The translations under genes were made by a program, and so were the position numbers. Shown one piece after another: positions 41,167 through 49,531 of a stretch of DNA of 64,000 nt (its first letter is position 1; each line of letters begins with the position of its first letter). The stretch is from an uncultured virus (IMG/VR IMGVR_UViG_3300008266_000126) (lineage: Duplodnaviria; Heunggongvirae; Uroviricota; Caudoviricetes). The stretch is taken from the IMG/VR virus record IMGVR_UViG_3300008266_000126, one strand, 5' to 3'. The notes beneath the pieces are model-generated. The model saw only the letters and a program-made list of their open reading frames with translations, searched no databases and was not told the origin of the DNA.

Positions 41167-41400
41167 TTACCAGGTGTTGACGGTACTCCCTCTATGTGCT
41201 CTTTTCACTTTCTTTAAAACATCACGAAAACCTCCATCAGGTTTTCTCAAACCTAATCGAGTTGGATCTGCAATAGCAGGAGCCGATAATACTTGTTGAA
41301 GATGTGGGTTGTTTTCTACGTAGGCATCGTATTCAGAGATCGGCATGGATATGTCGAACTCTTTACCAGTTTTAGTATCATAAAACGTATAATTAGCCAT
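41167..41400 (-). CDS. FmdB-like small protein lacking the Cys ligands
   Basis: M..Y.F.D..TG.EF...M.ISE...Y...NP...KPD.GF.DVL pattern found next to phoH in T4-like phages. Confidence 0.6.
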   Translation of the reverse strand: MANYTFYDTKTGKEFDISMPISEYDAYVENNPHLQQVLSAPAIADPTRLGLRKPDGGFRDVLKKVKRAHRGSTVNTW

Positions 41401-41590
41401 TAACTAAAATGCCTTTCGACTTCCAATAATCCTGGATGTCTTTTTTATTTAGGGGATCTAACCCTTTAGAAAGCATTTCTTCTTCAACTAAATCTTGTAA
41501 ATATGCTTTTTCATTAAGATTTCTAGGATTATAATACTCATCTATCAACTTATCTACTGTTACTTTAGTACTGTTAAGAATCTGAGACAC
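41393..41590 (-). CDS. Hypothetical protein
   Basis: Overlapping-operon context. Confidence 0.6.
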   Translation of the reverse strand: MSQILNSTKVTVDKLIDEYYNPRNLNEKAYLQDLVEEEMLSKGLDPLNKKDIQDYWKSKGILVNG

Positions 41591-41759
41591 CTAACATCTC
41601 CCTAAGTTTGTGTTGAACTCTTTTAAGAGCAGCTGGTTCGTGTTCATTGAATACTATGAGGGTCTCTTGAACACCTTTTTTGCGACCCTCAAGCCAATAA
41701 TAGAATGCTACCACTGCAATAAGCAGAGTATATAAAACTGCGCTTGTTATATTATCCAT
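41574..41759 (-). CDS. Hypothetical membrane-anchored protein
   Basis: N-terminal hydrophobic helix. Confidence 0.6.
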   Translation of the reverse strand: MDNITSAVLYTLLIAVVAFYYWLEGRKKGVQETLIVFNEHEPAALKRVQHKLREMLGVSDS

Positions 41760-41912
41760 TAGTCGTCTTCGTATGATAAGAGTTTATCAAGATCTTTTGA
41801 GCGTAAAGACTTCTCTAAAACTGAGATTTTCTTCTTCTGTAATGTAACTGTTATTAAAAGTCTTTTTTTTATTTTTAAATTCTGTTTTATGGAATTTAGT
41901 AGAGTTGTTCAT
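41759..41912 (-). pseudogene. Small gene apparently broken by a frameshift
   Basis: The coupled ATG at 41912 stops at 41787. The +1 frame carries LEKSLRSKDLDKLLSYEDD* coupled (TAATG) to the next gene. Confidence 0.45.
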
Positions 41913-42337
41913 TCTGGAATAAGCCCTGGAAATGCTAGGTTAACTACTTCTTTTGTAATGCCCTTAAAAGGACATTTTTTATCTTTCATGCTTAAAAGAA
42001 GCTTAGCATCATCTGCACTTACATTTTCAAGCATCTGGATAAAAATCTGTTCTCGCCTCATCGGCTTAAGATTCGGATTTCCACCTTCTACTAACAAATA
42101 AAAGCGAGGCACTTCGTTAATAAATGCCTTAGGTTCATCAAATTTATTTGGAATATAAGGTGGTACACCTTCTGGTAAAAGAAATTTAACATTAGGATCG
42201 AACCAGCCTGCAAGCACAGTTCGCACTGCTAAATTATTATTAAGTTTAAGCGCTTGCACTCGTTCTTCTTTTTTCTTCAATTCATTAATTTTAGCAAATA
42301 ACTTTGCTACACCATCAATCTTATATTGAAATGACAT
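41909..42337 (-). CDS. Conserved T4-like hypothetical protein (rnh-adjacent)
   Basis: FDP..KF.LPEG.PPY; RREQIFIQMLE....DA.LL..MKDK. Confidence 0.8.
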   Translation of the reverse strand: MSFQYKIDGVAKLFAKINELKKKEERVQALKLNNNLAVRTVLAGWFDPNVKFLLPEGVPPYIPNKFDEPKAFINEVPRFYLLVEGGNPNLKPMRREQIFIQMLENVSADDAKLLLSMKDKKCPFKGITKEVVNLAFPGLIPE

Positions 42338-43197
42338 TAGAAATCACCTATATTTTCCATCATATTTTTAAGTTTATAATTAATAAAATAGTTAAACAGT
42401 TTACTCTTATCCTTACCTTGTTCGCTGAGATATTTATTAATAACTTCGGTTCGAATACTATCTGGTACCATTGATAGATCCACCATATGCTTATTACGCA
42501 TAAAGTTTCTATCTGTAGTACTATCTAAGAGCACTGCACCATCATTGTAGATCTTATTAATCTTTTTCTGAGTAAGAGGTTTCTGACGTTTATCAGCTAC
42601 AAAAGTATCATCATCAGATAATACATTTGGTATACCATCACCAACATCACCTTTAAGAATATGCTCTACAAGAAAGCGCTCTGGATTATCATGTGTAATC
42701 CATTTCTTTCTTACTGGGTCATATTGCTTAACGTTAGACTGTGTTTGTAATTGAACGAAGTCTTTATCACCAGAAAGGATAATAATCTTATGTACATCGT
42801 TAGTATGTTTGACTAGTGATGCAATAATATCATCAGCTTCAGCTGTATCGACCTGAATGACAGGATAGGGCAAATTATCTTTTATTTCTTGTTTAATTTT
42901 ATTAAAGATATCAAATATATTAGTCCAATTTAATTCAGACTCTTCACGATTCTTTTTACGGTTGGCTTTGTAGTAAGGGAAGATCTGCTTACGCCAATAG
43001 TTCTTATCATCACATGCTATAATCATCTCACCATATTCTTCACCAAACTTCTGTTTGTATGAACGAAGTGAGTTGATCACCATATGACGAAACAATCCTT
43101 CTTCGATAGGAATGTTCGTATGATTTCCAATCTGCATCATCAGATTAGATATCATGACTTGGTTAAAATCAACGATAATCATTTTAAATGTTTCCAC
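42337..43197 (-). CDS. rnh: T4-type RNase H (5'-3' exonuclease, FEN family)
   Basis: YWRK..FPYYK.NR; EADDIIA; LSGDKDFVQL; GD.GDGIPN. Confidence 0.95.
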   Translation of the reverse strand: METFKMIIVDFNQVMISNLMMQIGNHTNIPIEEGLFRHMVINSLRSYKQKFGEEYGEMIIACDDKNYWRKQIFPYYKANRKKNREESELNWTNIFDIFNKIKQEIKDNLPYPVIQVDTAEADDIIASLVKHTNDVHKIIILSGDKDFVQLQTQSNVKQYDPVRKKWITHDNPERFLVEHILKGDVGDGIPNVLSDDDTFVADKRQKPLTQKKINKIYNDGAVLLDSTTDRNFMRNKHMVDLSMVPDSIRTEVINKYLSEQGKDKSKLFNYFINYKLKNMMENIGDF

Positions 43198-43234
43198 ATA
43201 AATCTGTACTATAATATATTATATAGTTATTAAT

Positions 43235-43585
43235 TTATGTGTGCAAGTTATTTTCTTCAATTATTCTATCCAATTCTTTCTTAGCATCTGCTTCTAGTGT
43301 GATTGTAGCTTCTGCTAAGTCTTGAAACGAATGATTCAGATCTTTTGTTGTATAAACCATAGCACGGATTGCTTCTTCTAAGAAAACTACCGATTTTACT
43401 ACACTTTCATCTGGTTTAATTGTGAGACCATAAGATGTAAGTACTGCAAAGACTGCTTCGAAAGCATCTGCTGTTACTTCATCACAATATGTACGTCTCA
43501 CTTGTTCAACATGATCTATAGTCTGTTCAAGATTATTTGGAAAAGGACTGTTAGATTTTGTTGGAAATTGTATAATGTTGTCCAT
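43235..43585 (-). CDS. Hypothetical protein
   Basis: Likely start MDNIIQFP. Confidence 0.65.
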   Translation of the reverse strand: MDNIIQFPTKSNSPFPNNLEQTIDHVEQVRRTYCDEVTADAFEAVFAVLTSYGLTIKPDESVVKSVVFLEEAIRAMVYTTKDLNHSFQDLAEATITLEADAKKELDRIIEENNLHT

Positions 43586-43613
43586 ATTTCTGCCATATAG
43601 TATGGTGACATTA

Positions 43614-44012
43614 TTATTTATCATACTTTATAGCTTGTATGATTACTGCAGCTGCCACCGTTTTTTTATCTTTAGTAATAGAAGCAATAATAGATGGTCT
43701 ATAATTATTTGGTACTATAGCACTCAATCTATTTGATGCTCCACCAAAGAGTTTTATTTCGGGTGCACCTGATGTGTTATAAAACAAAACTATATCTTTA
43801 GGTCTTACGTTATTATCAAATCCAGTACCTAAAGCTTTTGCGCACGCTTCTTTAATTGCAAAACGTTTAGCATAATAAACAGCTTCGTTTGTATCTTCAG
43901 TAATTTCTTCTTGAGAAAAATTATTTTTGATAAATCTTTCTCTGATTGATCTCTTTAATATATCTTTAATTCTAGATACATTACAGAGATCAATTCCAAT
44001 TCCTATAATCAT
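43614..44012 (-). CDS. acpS: Holo-ACP synthase (4'-phosphopantetheinyl transferase)
   Basis: MIIGIGIDL...RI; YAKRFAIKEACAKALGTG; SGAP.I.L.GGA..RL. Confidence 0.93.
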   Translation of the reverse strand: MIIGIGIDLCNVSRIKDILKRSIRERFIKNNFSQEEITEDTNEAVYYAKRFAIKEACAKALGTGFDNNVRPKDIVLFYNTSGAPEIKLFGGASNRLSAIVPNNYRPSIIASITKDKKTVAAAVIIQAIKYDK

Positions 44013-45130
44013 TTAACTACTTTAAGTAGAATTACATTGTTGTTAATTCTATCTGAAAATGTGATAGGATCTGATGAGATATCATCCATAAGTTTACGAA
44101 GTACTATCTTACCTCCAGAAAGTACTTTCTTGATATACTCTTCTGGTTTACGACCGATACGTTTAGTTACGGAAGAATCGCTATCAAAGCCATCAATAGA
44201 AGTGCGCCGTACACTGAGACCAGCAGGCCCACGAGCCCTAAACACGCTAAGAGTTTTGTACTTAGTATTAAAGGTCCAAAGTTCTTGAGAGCCGATAACC
44301 GTTGCGGGGTCACACGATTGTAATTTATACTCATTGCTTTCTTTCTGATATTGGAAATGTTTCAAGAGTTTTTCTGTGGTAGGAGCTTTCTTCTTACGAG
44401 GAGCACGAGCTTTCTTTACATTACCTGCAAAGCGCTCGCAGTCCTCGATAAGCTTAGCGACATATGCTAACTTAGCTTTTAATTGAGGCTTCGTATAGTG
44501 AGTGTAGCCCTCATTGTCTTCGACAACAGCGTAAGCATACTCATCACGAAGAGGCCTATAAAATTCAGCAATTCTGTTCGCATGTTGAGCCGGTATCTCA
44601 TTTTTCTGTAACCACTCATAAATGTTGACCTGTTCACCTGAATCAAGAATAGCTTCTACATCACCAATAATATCTGAAACGCGTTCTTTGATACGTTCCT
44701 GAATAGACGGTTTAACTTTAAGTTCAGCAGGTTTTACTTCTACCTCCTCACCTATGTTAGTCATATTTCTAATATCATCTATAACACGTTTATATTCAAA
44801 GTCTTTAAGATGTGCTTTATTATTAGATGCAATACGGCACATCCATGCAGACGTCAAGGGTAAACGCTTCTCAGGTATACGATCAATAGCCTTAATCATA
44901 TCCTTATCAGTCTTAAAATATTCTTTGAGGTAAGCACGAGCTTCCTCATTCTCACACATAGTATTATACCATGTGAATGCTCGGATTAACTCAACGGTAC
45001 CTGGATTAATACCTACCTTAGGTTCATCACCAAGATACTTCCAGTTAACCAGATAGGTTTCTGACTTAGTAGTACGTTTAGTCTTTTTCGTTTTGACTTT
45101 AAGTAATGACTTAGCCATTGTACCTCTCAC
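44009..45130 (-). CDS. Conserved T4-like hypothetical protein
   Basis: PSIQERIKE; LQS.DP..VIG..ELW.FNTKYK.L; K..RKPEE. Confidence 0.75.
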   Translation of the reverse strand: MRGTMAKSLLKVKTKKTKRTTKSETYLVNWKYLGDEPKVGINPGTVELIRAFTWYNTMCENEEARAYLKEYFKTDKDMIKAIDRIPEKRLPLTSAWMCRIASNNKAHLKDFEYKRVIDDIRNMTNIGEEVEVKPAELKVKPSIQERIKERVSDIIGDVEAILDSGEQVNIYEWLQKNEIPAQHANRIAEFYRPLRDEYAYAVVEDNEGYTHYTKPQLKAKLAYVAKLIEDCERFAGNVKKARAPRKKKAPTTEKLLKHFQYQKESNEYKLQSCDPATVIGSQELWTFNTKYKTLSVFRARGPAGLSVRRTSIDGFDSDSSVTKRIGRKPEEYIKKVLSGGKIVLRKLMDDISSDPITFSDRINNNVILLKVVK

Positions 45131-45145
45131 GTTACAGTAAGATAG

Positions 45146-45165
45146 GGGGCCGGTTTCCCGGCCCC
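45146..45165 (-). terminator. GC-rich hairpin with GAAA loop
   Basis: GGGGCCGG-GAAA-CCGGCCCC just after the stop of the 75-aa ORF; weak U tract. Confidence 0.6.
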
Positions 45166-45175
45166 TTTATGTATA

Positions 45176-45403
45176 TTAAGCGGCTACTTGCTGTGAAGCA
45201 GTCTTACGAGTCTTTGCGACACCAGAAACTACTTCCATAGCAAACTGAGCCTTTGCCTTCTTGATATGAAGCTTGGCATTACCAGGCTTCAAACCCATCT
45301 GCCCAGTAAGATCAGAGAAGATAGTCTTCTCATCTGAACCAAGCTTCAGAGCACCAAGAATAAAAGAACGAACCGAACCTTTAGCATTACGAATGTTACG
45401 CAT
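45176..45403 (-). CDS. Small basic early protein, possibly DNA-binding
   Basis: Strong AAGGAG RBS, own promoter, downstream hairpin. Confidence 0.75.
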   Translation of the reverse strand: MRNIRNAKGSVRSFILGALKLGSDEKTIFSDLTGQMGLKPGNAKLHIKKAKAQFAMEVVSGVAKTRKTASQQVAA

Positions 45404-45519
45404 GTCAATTTCTCCTTTGTTATGCGTTTCTCACTACATTGTTATAGTCGCATCTTTTCCTTATTAGTGCAACTATTCTTTGCCACTTGGCAAAGCCTTG
45501 GATGCTCATAGAGCAAAAC

Positions 45520-45687
45520 TCACTCACACACAATATAAGATCTCTTACAAGATGATGGGTACCAATCAAAATTGCCTAGTTTTCTTTTTATAAAAAACAT
45601 AGCTTGAGATTCATTAGAAGCAAGAATTTTATGACTCTTATACACTTTTAAATCTCTATTTCTAAATTTAAAACGGTACACAAACAT
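45520..45687 (-). CDS. Small early protein (55 aa)
   Basis: Not in the track. MFVYRFKFRN...SYIVCE, with GGAG RBS and promoter. Confidence 0.6.
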   Translation of the reverse strand: MFVYRFKFRNRDLKVYKSHKILASNESQAMFFIKRKLGNFDWYPSSCKRSYIVCE

Positions 45688-45743
45688 TTGTATCTCCATC
45701 TCATCATATTACTAATGTAACGGTATTTGGAAATAATTGCAAC

Positions 45744-45887
45744 TTATTTTTTTCCGACATATTCCATTACATAAGTCTCAGATCCATCAGGGTGTCTATG
45801 TGAACGGATAATAACCCATCCGTTTCCCTGCAACTCACGAAGGCGCTTTACACAATAGCGCGGCTGACCTGTAAATGTCTTAGTCAT
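45744..45887 (-). CDS. Small early protein (47 aa)
   Basis: Not in the track. MTKTFTGQPRYCVKRLRELQGNGW..., with GGAG RBS and promoter. Confidence 0.65.
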   Translation of the reverse strand: MTKTFTGQPRYCVKRLRELQGNGWVIIRSHRHPDGSETYVMEYVGKK

Positions 45888-45956
45888 TATCATATCTCCA
45901 TTTCTCATATTATTATCATAGTATTTTTCTGAAAATAATGCAACTTATATTTTCTT

Positions 45957-46082
45957 CAATGATTTCAATGAGTTAGCGTTTATCCAGTAAATCCTTGAAA
46001 TCATTGAGTTTTTTTGGATCTGAAATTATCCAATGATTTCAATGAATATGTCACGGATTCGCTAAGTCCTTGAAAAACAAGG
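45957..46082. repeat. Four ~21-bp motif copies (TAAnTC(A/C)TTGAAATCATTG) forming two inverted pairs
   Basis: Copies at 45957-45977 (-), 45987-46006 (+), 46031-46050 (-) and 46061-46082 (+, degenerate). Confidence 0.85.
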
Positions 46083-46153
46083 CGTTTTTTTAGGAAAAAA
46101 ACAGTTGACTTATTTACTAAAATATACGAATATTAATTATAAGGAGAAATGAG

Positions 46154-46246
46154 ATGAACGCAATTTTAGCCTATCTTCCCTGGATATCATTAGGATTTGG
46201 TATACTTGCTATTACTGCAATTTATGAGTATCTTACAGAAAAATAA
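46154..46246 (+). CDS. 30-aa single-pass membrane peptide
   Basis: Not in the track. MNAILAYLPWISLGFGILAITAIYEYLTEK, with AAGGAG RBS and promoter. Confidence 0.55.
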   Translation: MNAILAYLPWISLGFGILAITAIYEYLTEK

Positions 46247-46282
46247 GTTGCATTAATTTCCTAAAACCGCTACATTAATAAT

Positions 46283-46564
46283 ATGATGAATGAGAGGAAA
46301 GAAAAGATGTCGACTTTTGAAAATGTTCGTGAATGGGAAATGCAATGCTACGGTATGCTTTCATCAGATATTGAAAAGAATATCTTGAATTCACCGATGG
46401 CAAAATTGATGTCGATGGAAATGATTGCAATGTCGATGCTTTCAGATGCTCAGGAATTGCTTGAGCGTAATCAGAATAACCGTGCTCGTCAGCATATCAA
46501 TATTGCAAAATACATTCTTGGCGAGATCATGGACCGTAATTATCGTAAATCAGAGGTTGCTTAA
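46283..46564 (+). CDS. Early hypothetical protein (start may be at MSTF)
   Basis: Behind an early promoter; Met-rich, SMLSDAQE..RQ.IN.AKY. Confidence 0.7.
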   Translation: MMNERKEKMSTFENVREWEMQCYGMLSSDIEKNILNSPMAKLMSMEMIAMSMLSDAQELLERNQNNRARQHINIAKYILGEIMDRNYRKSEVA

Positions 46565-46565
46565 T

Positions 46566-46856
46566 ATGTATCGTGAATCTGAGAAAGAAGTTCATCAATA
46601 CCTTGATGAGTACTTTGCTACTCATGATGTATGGACTCATGACGATGATCATCTAAGTCGTTTTCATCGTTCATGGGTTCGTAAAAACTCAGACAAATTT
46701 TATATCAACAAGGTATCTGAAATTATGACTGGTCAGCCTATTTACCGTTATGGTAACAAGACTGGTACTCAGTATGGTTCTCGTGGTAAACACATTGGTT
46801 GGGGTGGATCCTATTGGTCTCACACCTGGCAAATTAGAAAGCGTAATGGAGCCTAA
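46566..46856 (+). CDS. Early hypothetical protein
   Basis: GAGGT RBS before ATG 46566. Confidence 0.65.
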   Translation: MYRESEKEVHQYLDEYFATHDVWTHDDDHLSRFHRSWVRKNSDKFYINKVSEIMTGQPIYRYGNKTGTQYGSRGKHIGWGGSYWSHTWQIRKRNGA

Positions 46857-46857
46857 T

Positions 46858-47046
46858 ATGACAATACTAGCCCTATCAGAAGACTACTTCCGTATGCAGC
46901 AGAACTACATCGACCAATACGTGGTTACGAGCCAGAATAGGAACTATGTTAAGAAGCGTATAGACCTATTGGTTAAGGATGGCTGGAAACTTAAATCTCA
47001 GTCTGTAGATAAAGATGGTTTTATTCGTTCAGTAATGGTGAAGTGA
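46858..47046 (+). CDS. Early hypothetical protein
   Basis: GGAG RBS before ATG 46858. Confidence 0.6.
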   Translation: MTILALSEDYFRMQQNYIDQYVVTSQNRNYVKKRIDLLVKDGWKLKSQSVDKDGFIRSVMVK

Positions 47047-47288
47047 TGCTTCAGTTAAATTATAAGAGAACGCTTTCCAACGGTAAAGAAGTTGGTGTGT
47101 ATAATGAAAAGGTATCAGGTGGTATACTAGACTATTACATTGGACCATTTGATACATTAGAAGAGTGTAAACAGTATTGTGAAGACTATACTGAAGCTAC
47201 ACGTATGGGTTATAACGGACGTGCTAGCTTTGTTTACATAGATGGTAAACATTATGCTGCATGCTCACGCTGGTTATCTTGTGATTAG
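47043..47288 (+). CDS. Early hypothetical protein
   Basis: YYIGPFDTLEEC motif; coupled start. Confidence 0.6.
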   Translation: MMLQLNYKRTLSNGKEVGVYNEKVSGGILDYYIGPFDTLEECKQYCEDYTEATRMGYNGRASFVYIDGKHYAACSRWLSCD

Positions 47289-47296
47289 GAGTTATT

Positions 47297-47494
47297 ATGG
47301 TAGACAATATCACTGAGTTAAAAGAGTATCTTTACTTACGTATTGATGCTGCAAAAGTGCTAGCAGAAGAACCGATGCCTGACTGGTATAATATGCATGA
47401 TTATTCATCAGGGTTTTATAATGGGCGGAAAATAGCTGCACAAGATAAAATAGATCTTATTCAAGAAATTCTCGACCGGTTAGAAAAACTCTAA
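47297..47494 (+). CDS. Early hypothetical protein
   Basis: AGGAG RBS. Confidence 0.65.
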   Translation: MVDNITELKEYLYLRIDAAKVLAEEPMPDWYNMHDYSSGFYNGRKIAAQDKIDLIQEILDRLEKL

Positions 47495-47504
47495 CCGGTT
47501 TTTT
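47475..47504 (+). terminator. Rho-independent terminator
   Basis: ACCGGTTAGA-AAAAC-TCTAACCGGT followed by a T tract. Confidence 0.75.
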
Positions 47505-47535
47505 ATTATCTAAATAATAAAAAAGGAGATAATTA

Positions 47536-47715
47536 ATGGAAGTTAAAACTAATAAAAATGGTGATAGAGTTTTTACTTTAACAGCTGCGAAAGAAGCTGC
47601 AGGTAATATTATACCTAATCATAAAATTAAAGGTTGGATATTAGAAAGTCTTACAGAAGAAAATAACATGGTAACTTTTACTATGAGATTACCGTTTAAA
47701 TTAATTAAAAAGTAA
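47536..47715 (+). CDS. Hypothetical protein (59 aa)
   Basis: Not in the track. AAGGAG RBS; MEVKTNKNGDRVF... Confidence 0.55.
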   Translation: MEVKTNKNGDRVFTLTAAKEAAGNIIPNHKIKGWILESLTEENNMVTFTMRLPFKLIKK

Positions 47716-48645
47716 TTATAGAAGCGTTCTTAAAAACGTTTCCCATTCATTCTTTCTTTTATCCCATCCGTAGAAATAGTCAAAATACTCTTTTTGAAAA
47801 TCTAAGTATGGTGTATCACCATCTGCATTGTTTTTAATTGCTTCAATAGCATTATTTAATGTGTGTGCAAATTGTACTGCATGCATATTTTTATTTTCAT
47901 TCCACTGATACATCATAGCAAAATTACCACATGTTTCAGGTAATGCACCATAATTTGGACATACTACTAAATTTTTAGCAGACATTGCTTCTATAACTGA
48001 TATACCAGAAGTTTCTAACCATATACATGGATATGCATATATGTGAGACTTCTTTAATGCTTTTCTAACTTCTTCATTAGAAACACCACCATGATATGTT
48101 ATTTTTGGATTACTTCGACAGCGATCAAAAAGTTCTTTATATCTAATGTCTTGATCTTTCCAACCATACACACTAAAAGAAGAATAAACGTCTAAATGTA
48201 TATTGTCATGAATTTTACACAGTTCTTCGAATACTGGTACTAATATTTCTAAACCACGATGAGGTGTAGTGTGGTAAATAAGATTAACAGTACCATTATA
48301 TTCTTTTTTACCTACTTCAATAGGTTCAATTGCATTTTTTAAAACAATACATTGACTGTAAGGTACGTTAGATGCAAGATTATATAACTGCATTTGCCAG
48401 TCAGAAACGCAAACTATTTTATCAAATCTTTTAAGCTTTTCTGGATCTTTTAAATGTTCTGACTCTGGATCAAAAGGGAGATCATGCAACCAGAGAATAC
48501 GTTTTTTATCTGGATTAATATCTCTCACACGTGATAAAATAATCTGAAATTTATCGAGTAGATCTTTTGGTAGGTCGCGATAGAGGCGCTCTTGCATTAG
48601 CTCAGAGCCGCCTCTTGCGTTCTTACTTAATTCATTTCTTTCCAT
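47716..48645 (-). CDS. GT4-like (GT-B) glycosyltransferase
   Basis: GGSE, LWLHD, CVSDWQ, YHTTPHRGL, ETSGISVIEAM, GALPET. Confidence 0.88.
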   Translation of the reverse strand: MERNELSKNARGGSELMQERLYRDLPKDLLDKFQIILSRVRDINPDKKRILWLHDLPFDPESEHLKDPEKLKRFDKIVCVSDWQMQLYNLASNVPYSQCIVLKNAIEPIEVGKKEYNGTVNLIYHTTPHRGLEILVPVFEELCKIHDNIHLDVYSSFSVYGWKDQDIRYKELFDRCRSNPKITYHGGVSNEEVRKALKKSHIYAYPCIWLETSGISVIEAMSAKNLVVCPNYGALPETCGNFAMMYQWNENKNMHAVQFAHTLNNAIEAIKNNADGDTPYLDFQKEYFDYFYGWDKRKNEWETFLRTLL

Positions 48646-48666
48646 AACAAACCTATAATAAAAGAA

Positions 48667-49026
48667 TCAATCTTGTTTTTTAAATACCGATTTTGGTAAC
48701 TTCAATTCAACTTTTTCGTCTTGTAATCCAACCAATGTATGAGCAGTGAATGATAAGATGCTCCATGCTCCAAATCCAACAACTACAGATGCTGCAATCA
48801 TGTTATCTGAAGTAGGATTCCAATTTAACCATTCTATAAGAACTGGAGAGAACACGATAGCTGTCATAACACTAAGGCCTGATCTAACAGCAGCATCCCA
48901 AACGTTACAAGGTTTATAAAATGCCATGAATGACACTCCGCCGATAAGACCGCCAAGACCAGTCATAAGTTTAGCCATTAGCGGTGTAGATATTGGATCT
49001 GACATCGTTATTCCTATTATTAGCAA
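48667..49026 (-). CDS. Three-TM membrane protein (holin-like)
   Basis: Three hydrophobic segments and a basic C-tail. Confidence 0.45.
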   Translation of the reverse strand: MLIIGITMSDPISTPLMAKLMTGLGGLIGGVSFMAFYKPCNVWDAAVRSGLSVMTAIVFSPVLIEWLNWNPTSDNMIAASVVVGFGAWSILSFTAHTLVGLQDEKVELKLPKSVFKKQD

Positions 49027-49047
49027 TTTAAGAAAATGCTTATAATA

Positions 49048-49293
49048 TTATTTATTAATGCTAATAATTGAGTCAAATCTAAAAGAACGCCAACCTTCTT
49101 TATCTACATCCCATACTGAAATAATATTTTCATTTATTTTTTTATCACGATCTGTTTTCTTTTCATGAGGTTTAATAAATGCATCCATAAGCGTGCATTT
49201 CATATCACGCTCAGAACCATCAGTTTTTGTAAATTTAATATTTACAATACCTGAATGTAGCATATTCATAACGTTAGTTTTAGATAGCTCCAT
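49048..49293 (-). CDS. WYL_2/SH3-like (DUF2693) protein
   Basis: V...FTK.DGSER.M.CTL...VWDV.K.GWRSFR.D. Confidence 0.85.
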   Translation of the reverse strand: MELSKTNVMNMLHSGIVNIKFTKTDGSERDMKCTLMDAFIKPHEKKTDRDKKINENIISVWDVDKEGWRSFRFDSIISINK

Positions 49294-49531
49294 CACCGTA
49301 TCCACCGGCTGTCTCCTCAAGATATTCTTTCAATTCTTCATAACCACCAATACGTTTGCCATCAATTGTAATGATCGGTACCGTTCTCACTCCTGGAAAC
49401 ATTTCAGTTATTTCTGTGAGACCTACATCCTCACCTACTGAATAGTATTTGTAATTGATACCTTTACTGTTAAGTAATTCTTTAGCTTTCACACACCAAT
49501 TACAATTCTGTTTACCATATACCTCAATCAT
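49280..49531 (-). CDS. Glutaredoxin
   Basis: CNWC, RTVP.I.IDG..IGGY.EL. Confidence 0.93.
   Translation of the reverse strand: MIEVYGKQNCNWCVKAKELLNSKGINYKYYSVGEDVGLTEITEMFPGVRTVPIITIDGKRIGGYEELKEYLEETAGGYGDGAI

Larger units (their letters stand above)
45438..46276. promoter_or_regulatory. Five divergent sigma70-like early promoters: -35 at 45472(-), 45742(-), 45943(-), 46105(+), 46248(+)
   Basis: TTGCAC-17-GACTAT, TTGCAA-17-TACATT, TTGCAT-17-TATGAT, TTGACT-17-GAATAT, TTGCAT-17-TACATT, each with an A-rich upstream tract. Confidence 0.75.

Noticed and set aside
41850..41865. A AAA AAG -1 slippery site repairing the small broken gene
   Set aside because: The -1 frame reaches TAA within three codons. 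The conserved-looking tail is in the +1 frame.
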